A stretch of 64,000 bases of DNA. It comes from Schmidtea nova. Taxonomy: Eukaryota. Location: assembly GCA_044892505.1 (NCBI GenBank), contig CM097883.1, positions 393,204,001-393,268,000 on the forward strand, written 5' to 3'. The position numbers were made by a program, and so were the translations under genes. The notes under the pieces are model-generated. The model saw only the letters and a list, made by a program, of their open reading frames with translations. It was not told where the DNA came from and made no database searches. Of the stretch, positions 1 through 9,561 are shown piece by piece. Each line of letters opens with the position of its first letter. The first letter of the stretch is position 1.

Positions 1-964
1 AATATAATCATAATAATAACATCAATAACAGACAATAGATACCGACGCGGTTTGTGGGGCATGACCATTAAACCGAAAATTCAAGATTAGTAAATTACTT
101 TGAGTATTCGGAATCGTCCGATGTATATTAAAAATTGTTCTCGTGGGAAACTCGGCGTAAATTAGGTTTGTCGCAAGCTCTTTCGACTCAAATAGATCGT
201 CACTGTCGAATAATTGTTTTCTGGATAATTGTGGAAATTTCCTAAATTTATCGAACAAACTGCAAATTTTTCTTGAGAACGATTGGCTATACAAAAATTT
301 TCAAGAGGTTTGCCTAGCAGGAAAAACTTTTATAGAATGGCAGTCGCAAAATTTTCGCAAATTCTGATGAAATCCATTTTGATGGCGGTATATATAGTTA
401 TCTTAGCCTATTACTTTCATTGATGTATATATTGTTTTAGAAGGAATTTTTCTAATCTTGAAATATAATTTCAATAATTTTACGCAAAATTGAATTATTA
501 TTTTTGCATATAAAATTAAATAAACTCTAAATAATTTATTTTTGCTCTAAAATTCAATTTTTAAATCAAAGTTTTCCCTAATTTAATTACCTTATCATAA
601 TTTCTAACTAAAACAATTGTCTTTCATATTTTTTTTTGAACTTCTACACTAAAATTTGAAAATTTCCTCCCGAAAAGATGTTTATTTTTCTCAGTGTATT
701 ATTCCATTACACCATTGATGTTTTCACGTTATACATGTGTTTTCCGCGTATACACTCAAGGCGCTTTTGTTAGTTTCAATTTTTCAACGTGTTGTATTTA
801 ATTATTTCATGTGTTCTGCTGTTACTGGGTTGCACTTGGTGTTTTGAATTGCTAGAATTTCAAATCTATTTCTTGCGCACTCCTTACATGTTGTAATACA
901 TTTAAACAAATCTCAGTTTTCGCCCAACAGTACCAAAAAGACAAAGATCACAAATATAGATTAG

Positions 965-1440
965 TTAGTACGTCTCGGAACTTGACTCGTCAACCCAGTC
1001 TTGAGTATACTGGCTGTTCTGGCGAATACCATCCTTTCGATAAAAGGTCGGATTCAGCTTCCAACATAGGTTATCTTGGTACAGGATGGTGGCGGCCCAT
1101 AGTGACCTCGATTTCCACTCTTCCAAGAATCCATACGGCAAATTTGGGTAGTTAATCCCTTCCCCCGAAACGATATTGCGAGGTGGAGCTAAGATGATAT
1201 AACTATATCAGCCTAGCTTTCGTATACCAATATCTAAAATGGAGTAGCCATCGTGGTGTTCCCCCTTAGCCCCGAACCTCGACGAACCACTGGATACATT
1301 CGAACTTAGAGTTATTCCTGGTCAGGGGCCAATGATGCCCTCCTTCATAGCGGATTTCAAATTCCGGACATTCATGGAGCCCAAAAAGAGCTTGTTAAAG
1401 AAAGTCCCTCTTCCAATGTCGCATATAAAGATTTACCTCC
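965..1440 (-). pseudogene. Decayed copy of unknown repeat-borne ORF-A (MRHWKRDF..EIRYEGGHHWP..YIILAPPRN..EWKSRSLW..NPTFYRKDGI..QDW)
   Basis: Manual minus-strand translation matches by eye the degenerate ORF at 37250-37730 and the I-x-Y-x-G-x3-WP motif of ORF 20264-20752; contains stops. Confidence 0.55.
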
Positions 1441-1490
1441 GTTTAGACTGTAATGTTCATAATCGGTGTTAATCATTTACCCCTTTAATC

Positions 1491-2183
1491 TGTTCCCCCC
1501 CCCCCGTTTTTTATTTTTTAGTTTAGTGTATGTTATTATAATAATTATTAATATTTAAATTATAAATTTTATATTACCTTAATATAGCAAATTGATATAG
1601 TAAGTCTAATTACAAAATAAAAAATATCGATTTAAAAAAAATTTAAATTAAAGAATTGGTTAAATATCTGAGTTATAAATTATAAATCCAAAATAAATCT
1701 CTATACTATAATTACCCAGTAAAACCAATCCTACAAATACTTTGCTATCATCATATTACAAATTAGCTAACCATCGTAATCCCGATATTGTTATTCAAAC
1801 ATTATTCAAAAATTAATTAACAATTATAATCCTTATCCGGCACACCTAAATTACCTACTGTATTAAAGTAGAAACGAAAGAGATCCTAATCCAGCAATTA
1901 TTTTTTCTAGCCTTATACAATAATCAGCTAACCAGTATATTCCTGATATTGCTATTCAACAATTATCTAACACTTATATTTCGGCTATCATCCTATGAGT
2001 ATTTAATCTACTATTAGTTTTGGATTAATAAATAAAATTTTATAAAGTTAAAAAAGGTTTTGTTATTTTCTTCTCTTGTTGTTAATTAGTCTGTACAACA
2101 TACACACGCACGTAATCACACATAAATATACACATTCACCCCGTTTGCCCCTACACAATCGGAGACTCTTTCAGGAACTTACA
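1491..2183. mobile_element. LTR-like repeat (TG...CA), related to 54876-55386
   Basis: Starts TGTTCCCCC, ends CTTACA. Shares the ttagtgta(t)tgtt start and the cacacgcac...cacccc..ccc(c)ta(c/t)acaat..ggagact end with 54876-55386. No TSD found. Confidence 0.5.
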
Positions 2184-2864
2184 AGTTTCTGATCATTAAA
2201 CAATACATAATATTAATATCCCATTAACATAGCAATCACATTTAATAACTCACAAGAAAAACTATACATAATATGGACCATAGCTGGAACTTCGATCGGC
2301 GCCTGGAACGCCGGTTTATGAATTTTCCTATTTCGATGGTACGTGGCTTTCGATTTCGGGGAAGAGTTAGTCATCGGGATCGCTTTCACCTTAATTTCTA
2401 TTGTAATTGAATGAAACACAAAAATATAGATTTTATACTATTGCTAAGAAATCAAAATAACCTGACCTCTTTTTCTGCCTACAGGCTAATATTTTCCATG
2501 CATCCAACCATTTCTCAATCCTCAAACTTCAAACAAACCTTAAAATAGACAATTCATACCATACCCAGTCAGACATTCCCCAGACAACTCAATTAATTGA
2601 ATTTAGCTGTCTACCAACTGCTGATTATTTTCGGGTTGACTGCCAACTCTCAACAATTTATACCCGCGAAAATTATGGCAACCAATGGATATTCAACTGC
2701 AATTCCGCCTGCTATTAGCGATCGATAAATTCATTAATCCCCGATTCGTTCTATGGTTGATAGTTATGATTATTTGTGGTAATAATTCATTCATCCCCGC
2801 AGATCAACTGTCAAACTTCAAGCTGTCGTCATCATTTCAACGATCTATCATCAAGTATCCATTA

Positions 2865-3719
2865 TGTTGGGGTTGTGAAAATCACAAAAGCTAAATTTGT
2901 AATTGCACAAATCAATAAAAATACAAAATTTTAAAAATAATAGTTAATGTTCAAAGATTAATTTAAAATTAATTAAAAAAATTAAAATAAAGTTTGAGCG
3001 GGGGAAACTGGTATGGGAAGATGCCAAATGATGAGACGAATTCAAATATGGGTATATAAAATTGAAATGGGACCCCCAGAAAGATAAATTAAGAAAATAC
3101 AAATTAATTAAAAAATAATTAATCGTCTAATGGAAAACCCGAGCCAATGGGAAACCCGAGCTTATGGGAAACCCGAGCGATGTGGGAAACCCGGGGCATC
3201 AACAAAATCATTTAATTATCGAAATAAATTTAATGCCCCGGGAAGAGACGAAAAACCATTAGCGGCGAAACTCAATTAGGCGGCGGTCAAACAAATCTAA
3301 TTATCTCATTTTCTCCAGATCCAATTAAGCCGACAGGATGACAACAAAAAAAAATAGTATATAAACGGAGAGCAAATTGCCGATATCGCCATGTGGTCAA
3401 AGTCAAAGTTTCGAGGTCAACCGATTGAAGAATAAAAGTAGGCAACGTGAAGCAAATCGTTAGAAGACATTTGAAGGAGACGTCGAAAGAAAACCAAAAG
3501 TAGAGTTTATACTTAATCTATTGCGTGTCAGAGAGGGAGATATCCCATTGGGTGTTCTACCCTCACGCGAAGAGTGCAGAACCGGCGTAACTTTTTGTGA
3601 TAAAAAGAGTTGTGATCAATTGAAAATAAAGAAAGTTATTGTGTTGGGTCTTGTTTATTTTGTAATTGAAAGAGAACACCGGAGTCAGAAACTACCGACT
3701 TAACACCAATAACCCAACA
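2865..3719 (+). repeat. 5' LTR
   Basis: Direct repeat of 8707-9561 with 4 substitutions seen by eye; TATATAAA near 3358 and AATAAA near 3431. Confidence 0.95.
3129..3197 (+). repeat. Four ~17-bp tandem repeats (aatgggaaacccgagc) in the LTR
   Basis: Units start at 3129, 3146, 3163 and 3180; repeated in the 3' LTR at about 8971-9039. Confidence 0.85.
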
Positions 3720-3723
3720 TATT

Positions 3724-3741
3724 TGGTGAGCCCGATGTGAT
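3724..3741 (+). promoter_or_regulatory. Primer-binding site complementary to tRNA-Trp 3' end
   Basis: TGGTGAGCCCGATGTGAT lies 4 nt after the 5' LTR and matches the classic tRNA-Trp PBS TGGTGACCCCGACGTGAT at 16/18 positions. Confidence 0.85.
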
Positions 3742-4022
3742 CAAAGTCGGTGAAGCGTTGCAAAAAGAAATCGAATATTTATTGGCAAAAAGAAATTAAA
3801 AGTTTCTAAAAAGTTTGGAAATTGTGAAATTGATTAAAAGAAAAAGTCAGTAAATCGAATCAAGGATTGAGAGAAGTTTGTTGATAATTGTGGAAAGATT
3901 TATACTGTTGAAATTAAAATAAAAGGTAAAATTTATAATTGATATTAAAATTTAGAAGAGAAAAAGTTGTACCAAACCGACCATATTACGAATTGAGAAG
4001 TAATAAACAACCAGAAACAAAA

Positions 4023-7000
4023 ATGAGTAATACAAACCATCAGGATGATACGCCCATGTCCACCAGCAACGGCAATGGCAATGACTATGCTAGCTGCCAG
4101 AAACTGCCAGTAAATCAGTATGGAGGCGATCCAGTGGAATTCGTTGATTTTATGGCTGATTACTACATGTACGCTACAGCCTATGGATGGAGCCAAGCGA
4201 CAATGGTGCAAAGATTGCCACTATATCTAAAGGGAGCAGCGAGAGAAGCCTGGCAACAAATTGACAAAAGAACAATTGCGAATAACTGGACGAAATTGAA
4301 AGATGCCTTAGCCGCGAAACTAATTGGAGGGGATATAAAACGGATAATGCGGCAGAAGTTCTATAATCGAGTGCAAAAATCAGAGGAATCGGTAAGTGAA
4401 TTTGCGTACCACTTGACTACTCTTGCAGAGAAAGCATTCGAAGTAAAGCCGGAACAGATTGAAGTGGCAAAGCAGGTGAAAGAATTGCTACAAGACCAGT
4501 TCTTAACGGGAGTCAAAAAGGAGATCAAAAAGGCATTATGTTATGTGGACTTCAATAACTTTGATGAGTTAATCAAAAAGGCGATGAAAATTGAGTTAAA
4601 TCTGAAAAGTTCACAGCCAAAATCAGAATCGTTTGCCATCATCAATGAACCCAGAGAACGGTCCATAACTCCAGTCAGAAACAATCGGCTTCAGCAATCA
4701 ATTAGTCCATCACCAACGTTTAGACAAAGATTTGAGCCAAATAAATCAACAAATGTTCAAATTGATGAAAAAGAGAGGCCAATTCAATGCAGCCATTGCC
4801 AACGAATAGGACATCATGTTAATCAATGTTGGTTCAAAAATAGATCTCCAAAAAGTCCAACTCCAATTCAGTGTGATTATTGTCAAAGGATGGGACATAA
4901 CAGCAATCAATGCTGGTCTAAAAACAACGTTCAACGAAGCCCAAAACGAATGTGGCCAGATTGGTTGAAGGGTAATGGTGAGAAAAGTTTTAATAAACTA
5001 AATTTTAACGATCAGCGTAAAAACGATAATGTGCAATGTTACAATTGTGGAAGGAAAGGACATGTCTCTCGGAATTGTTTTGCTAGATCGAGGTCTCCAT
5101 CAACTTCGCCATCCCCACAAAGAGATAGAGTGAACCTTCAAGGTCAAATTCAATGTCATTCATGTAGAGGATATGGACACATGGCTAGATCATGCCCGAG
5201 GAATGTCGACAAATTTCAGAAACCTATATTGAAAAAATCGATAAGATTTCAAAATGATCAACTGCAGACAGACAACGTGGCTTTTGTTCAATCAGATGAT
5301 TTCAATGAAAAGATTGAAAACCAAGTGAAAGAAATGGGTCGACGTTTAGATCGTTTAATGTCCAAGTTTGAATCTGATGATGAATTGGATAATCACATGA
5401 TGTATGGATCGCTGCAAGACATGACAGAAGCTGACACGACAACTGGGTGTACAAAAGACGATTTGGAAAGCGAAAAGGCTTCCATGATGATGAAAAGACT
5501 TGAGAAATTACTAGAAGCTAGCGTGGAAGAATCATCTAAAATATTGGTATCGGTTAAAAGCCTGAGTCAAATGTCGTTAAGTATGAGAAAATTGAAAGGC
5601 GCGATTAATTTGTGTGCTAATTATTATCAAATAAATGTAACAAATAGAGAAGAAATTAAAGAATTGATGAGAAAATTTGGGAAAGCGTTTCGAGAAAATA
5701 AATGGTTAGATTTTATTTCTATTGATGTTGTTAATGAAAATGATAAAAATGTGATTACTTGTCGTTGTGAAGCCTATGATCGCGTAAAAGATTTAAAAAG
5801 GAGACTAAGAGAGAAATGTGAAGGCTGGGTAGTCGAATTAAAGTTTAAAAATAGAGATTTAGAAAATGATGAATATTTAATAGATTGTGGTCTTATACCA
5901 AGGAACAAAAATGAATTACAAATAGCCAGTATGATGAGTAACAGTGAAATGACAAGAAGTGATCCGATGCAAATAGTAAAGGAGCTAAATGATGTTTTAT
6001 GTATTGGTGACGAAAACGAAATTAAAGAAATAGTAAAATTAATAGAGGAATCTGAATTTGGGCAAAAGGAAAAATTAGAACTTGCTAATGCGATACGACC
6101 CTATTTGTTTAGAAGAACGGGATATAGACAATGTTTAAAGAGAATAATGAGAAAATTGGGTAAAGAGCTTAGAAAAGATAGAGTTGAGTTAAATTCGTTA
6201 ACAATTGCAATAGAATATGAAGATATTGGGAAAACTGAGTATGTAGAGGAACACTGGTGTACGAAAGTTCGAAAAGAGCGTAAAAGAGCTGCGGAAATGT
6301 TAGGTAAAGATGGAATTATAGTGCTGAGATATAAAGGGGAAGAATTGGATGACGATGAATATTTATATGACTGCGGATGTGTGCCACAGGAACTGGATGA
6401 ATATGGGTATTTAAGTACTAATGGAAGTCAGGGGTATTTGATAAATCGCATAATCGCAAATAAAGAATATAATTCGAGGATGCTTGACAAAGTTGAATTT
6501 TCAGACACAGATGAGCAAACAGAAGAAATAAAGGAAAGCGAAATTGAAATAGTTACTGATGGTTATAATGGGGAAAAGAGGGTTAATAATAATGCTCAGA
6601 CAGCAGAAATGGCAGTTATTGAAGATACGAATATCGAAAAAGGTGAAATAAAAAGTGCGAATACGAAGACTAGAACATTGTATGAGATGAAGAAAACCTT
6701 AGTAAAATTAGAGCAGGAAGTTAAAGAAACAAGTGACGTAATAAGAAATTTGGTTGGAATCGTATACCCAATTCTAAAAATAGAGACTGAAACGGAAGAG
6801 GAATTGAAGGGAATAGTAGAAGAAGTGAAAATCAGACTTCCAGAAGTAGTGCGGCAATTGGGCAAAGAGGATAGCTTTTGTAACTGTGAAGTAATAGAAA
6901 AGTTGATCGAAAATGGGATCGATAAAGAAGTAGTGCTAATAATTCTAACCTACGTTGTTTCAGAGATCGGTATTCATGCATTTACAAAGTCAGACAAGCT

Positions 7001-7166
7001 TGATAATTTCTTTGACATTGCGGCTCGACTAATAAATGATTCTTTAATTAATTGGCTGAGAGAGCGTGGAGGGTGGAAAACATTAAATTTATCGATAATA
7101 AAGAAAAGAAAGAAACCGGAAAATGATTCACCGCAAAGGCAATTAAACGGAAGAGTAAGTCCATAA
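4023..7166 (+). CDS. gag: Gag polyprotein: capsid-like domain, 4 CCHC knuckles, duplicated unknown domain, C-terminal Bcl-2-like domain
   Basis: Open ORF (track 3939-7166; first ATG at 4023). Gag-type motifs LPLYLKGAAREAW and FYNRVQKSEESVSEF. CX2CX4HX4C at 4788, 4872, 5037 and 5154. Ends with NWLRERGGW (BH2-like). No protease, RT, RNase H or integrase motifs seen. Confidence 0.9.
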   Translation: MSNTNHQDDTPMSTSNGNGNDYASCQKLPVNQYGGDPVEFVDFMADYYMYATAYGWSQATMVQRLPLYLKGAAREAWQQIDKRTIANNWTKLKDALAAKLIGGDIKRIMRQKFYNRVQKSEESVSEFAYHLTTLAEKAFEVKPEQIEVAKQVKELLQDQFLTGVKKEIKKALCYVDFNNFDELIKKAMKIELNLKSSQPKSESFAIINEPRERSITPVRNNRLQQSISPSPTFRQRFEPNKSTNVQIDEKERPIQCSHCQRIGHHVNQCWFKNRSPKSPTPIQCDYCQRMGHNSNQCWSKNNVQRSPKRMWPDWLKGNGEKSFNKLNFNDQRKNDNVQCYNCGRKGHVSRNCFARSRSPSTSPSPQRDRVNLQGQIQCHSCRGYGHMARSCPRNVDKFQKPILKKSIRFQNDQLQTDNVAFVQSDDFNEKIENQVKEMGRRLDRLMSKFESDDELDNHMMYGSLQDMTEADTTTGCTKDDLESEKASMMMKRLEKLLEASVEESSKILVSVKSLSQMSLSMRKLKGAINLCANYYQINVTNREEIKELMRKFGKAFRENKWLDFISIDVVNENDKNVITCRCEAYDRVKDLKRRLREKCEGWVVELKFKNRDLENDEYLIDCGLIPRNKNELQIASMMSNSEMTRSDPMQIVKELNDVLCIGDENEIKEIVKLIEESEFGQKEKLELANAIRPYLFRRTGYRQCLKRIMRKLGKELRKDRVELNSLTIAIEYEDIGKTEYVEEHWCTKVRKERKRAAEMLGKDGIIVLRYKGEELDDDEYLYDCGCVPQELDEYGYLSTNGSQGYLINRIIANKEYNSRMLDKVEFSDTDEQTEEIKESEIEIVTDGYNGEKRVNNNAQTAEMAVIEDTNIEKGEIKSANTKTRTLYEMKKTLVKLEQEVKETSDVIRNLVGIVYPILKIETETEEELKGIVEEVKIRLPEVVRQLGKEDSFCNCEVIEKLIENGIDKEVVLIILTYVVSEIGIHAFTKSDKLDNFFDIAARLINDSLINWLRERGGWKTLNLSIIKKRKKPENDSPQRQLNGRVSP

Positions 7167-7178
7167 CTAAGGAAGACG

Positions 7179-7667
7179 ATGATATTCCCTTGGATAATGT
7201 TCATGATGATTATTCTATGTGCAGCTATTGCACAAACGACGTCATTGGTGGCATACGATTGTTCACAAACCGAAATGGGGAAAATTTACTCAGTGGTTGA
7301 TATGTCAGAGTGCCCAGACGCATACCCTCGAAAATTAAAGATTGAAAACGAAGTAAAATACCATGTGTATCAAGAGTCAGATTTACGGCGTACCAAAGTT
7401 AGAGAATGCATTGTAAAACGAACCACTTTTGTATTCTTCTGTGGTAAATGGAGCCATACGTCATTAATCAAAATGCACGCCATTCCACGACCGGTGGATG
7501 TATTGCCGGAAAATTGCTTAACAGCCTTCCAAACGGGGGAATTAAAAATCAGCCCTGAAATTCGATTAAAAGCGAAATTAAATCATCAAATTCGAGAAAC
7601 ATTAGTGGTGAAGGGAGTGATGAAATCAGACGGTGACTGTGAAGGTGAACCGTACTGGTTAAAATAA
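7179..7667 (+). CDS. env: Env-like glycoprotein N-terminus (chuvirus/Monjiviricetes-type fusion protein), 3'-truncated
   Basis: Hydrophobic signal peptide followed by AYDC..DMSEC..C.VK...FFCG.WSHTS..ENC..TGEL..DGDCEG, the cysteine pattern of chuviral-type glycoproteins. Runs into AT-only sequence after about 160 aa. Confidence 0.7.
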   Translation: MIFPWIMFMMIILCAAIAQTTSLVAYDCSQTEMGKIYSVVDMSECPDAYPRKLKIENEVKYHVYQESDLRRTKVRECIVKRTTFVFFCGKWSHTSLIKMHAIPRPVDVLPENCLTAFQTGELKISPEIRLKAKLNHQIRETLVVKGVMKSDGDCEGEPYWLK

Positions 7668-8640
7668 ATATATATATAAATATATAAAATAAATAAATAA
7701 ATATATAAAATAAATACAAAATTTTATATAAATGTATAAATATTATATATAAATAAAGGTATAAATATTGTATATATTATATGTGAATGTATAAATATAA
7801 ATATATAAAGCAAATATATATAAAATATAAATATATAAATAAATAAATACATAAAATTAATTTTAAAAATTAAAAAAAATAGCTCACCGAGTAATGACAT
7901 TTCTGATAAAAATGTGGAGCGCCGCCGCTTATATTCGCGGCGCTCTCTCTCATCTTGCGGAGGGAAATTCTGGGAGATAATTGAGTTGGACCAAATCGAA
8001 TTATCTCCCAAGCTGATGCTGAAAATTTTTAATTGTCAATTTGACAAAATGGTAAATTGGGAAAACTTAAATATTTTTTAAATATACTTAAATATTTTTC
8101 GATTTAATAATTTTTAATATTTTTCGATTTAATAAACAATTTTAGTATGAAATATTAAATGAGTTAATATTATTATTATTATTCTTCTTCTTCTTCTTCT
8201 TCTTCTTCTTATTATTATTATTGTTGGTATTATTATTATCAAGTAATATTGTTATTGATAATCATTATTATTGATCGTTAGTATTAGTATGGCTATTATT
8301 ATTAAGATTAGTACTATCATTAGTACTGTCATCGTTATCAGTGATATTATTATTATTAGTATTATTATTATTATCACTATTGTTGATATTGTTATCAGGA
8401 TTGTTGTTATCATCATCATTATTAATATCAGTATATTGCTAATGTTATTATCACTATTATAAACATCAGTACTATCATTATTATCAGTATGGTGGATACT
8501 ACTGATACTATTATCATCATCATTATTATACTTACGTCATTGTCATTACCACCAGTATTATTGTAATTATTATTATTATCCTTATTATTACAATTAGTGG
8601 GGATATCTTCATCACTACTAATTTTATATGATCCTTGTCA
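7660..8640 (+). repeat. AT-rich low-complexity 3' internal region with (TTC)n and (ATT/ATC)n tracts and a GC-rich island at 7890-8015
   Basis: Directly visible; a homologous region exists on the minus strand at about 55690-58970. Confidence 0.8.
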
Positions 8641-8689
8641 GGATGTATGATCAAAATATGTGTATATGTAGATTCGAGGACGAATCTTT

Positions 8690-8704
8690 AAAATAAAGGG
8701 GAGA
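8690..8704 (+). promoter_or_regulatory. Polypurine tract
   Basis: AAAATAAAGGGGAGA just upstream of the 3' LTR. Confidence 0.8.
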
Positions 8705-8706
8705 TA

Positions 8707-9561
8707 TGTTGGGGTTGTGAAAATCACAAAAGCTAAATTTGTAATTGCACAAATCAATAAAAATACAAAATTTTAAAAATAATAGTTAATGTTCAAAGAT
8801 TAATTTAAAATTAATTAAAAAAATTAAAATAAAGTTTGAGCGGGGGAAACTGGTATGGGAAGATGCCAAATGATGAGACGAATTCAAATATGGGTATATA
8901 AAATTGAAATGGGACCCCCAGAAAGATAAATTAAGAAAATACAAATTAATTAAAAAATAATTAATCGTCTAATGGAAAACCCGAGCCAATGGGAAACCCG
9001 AGCTTATGGGAAACCCGAGCGATGTGGGAAACCCGGGGCATCAACAAAATCATTTAATTATCGAAATAAATTTAATGCCCCGGGAAGAGACGAAAAACCA
9101 TTAGCGGCGAAACTCAATTAGGCGGCGGTCAAACAAATCTAATTATCTCATTTTCTCCAGATCCAATTAAGCCGACAGGATGACAACAAAAAAAAATAGT
9201 ATATAAACGGAGAGCGAATTGCCGATATCGCCATGTGGTCAAAGTCAAAGTTTCGAGGCCAACCGATTGAAGAATAAAAGTAGGCAACGTGAAGCAAATC
9301 GTTAGAAGACATTTGAAGGAGACGTCGAAAGAAAACCAAAAGTAGAGTTTATACTTAATCTATTGCGTGTCAGAGAGGGAGATATCCCATTGTGTGTTCT
9401 ACCCTCACGCGAAGAGTGCAGAACCGGGGTAACTTTTTGTGATAAAAAGAGTTGTGATCAATTGAAAATAAAGAAAGTTATTGTGTTGGGTCTTGTTTAT
9501 TTTGTAATTGAAAGAGAACACCGGAGTCAGAAACTACCGACTTAACACCAATAACCCAACA
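8707..9561 (+). repeat. 3' LTR
   Basis: Direct repeat of 2865-3719. Confidence 0.95.

Larger units (their letters stand above)
2865..9561 (+). mobile_element. Ty3/gypsy-like LTR retroelement, pol-less, encoding gag-Bcl-2-like ORF and truncated env-like ORF
   Basis: Two 855-bp direct repeats with TGTTGGG...CCCAACA ends, 4-bp TSD ATTA (2861-2864, 9562-9565), PBS, PPT and a gag ORF. Confidence 0.95.

Noticed and set aside
1318-1333. PBS-like TGGCCCCTGACCAGG on the minus strand
   Set aside because: Not adjacent to an LTR end; it falls inside the HWP codons of the ORF-A remnant.
3939-4022. ORF-track start of gag at 3939
   Set aside because: The codon there is TTG; the first ATG at 4023 is the more plausible start.
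7724-8462. Hydrophobic ORFs 7724-8011 and 8271-8462
   Set aside because: Translations of AT and ATT low-complexity sequence; no coding signal.
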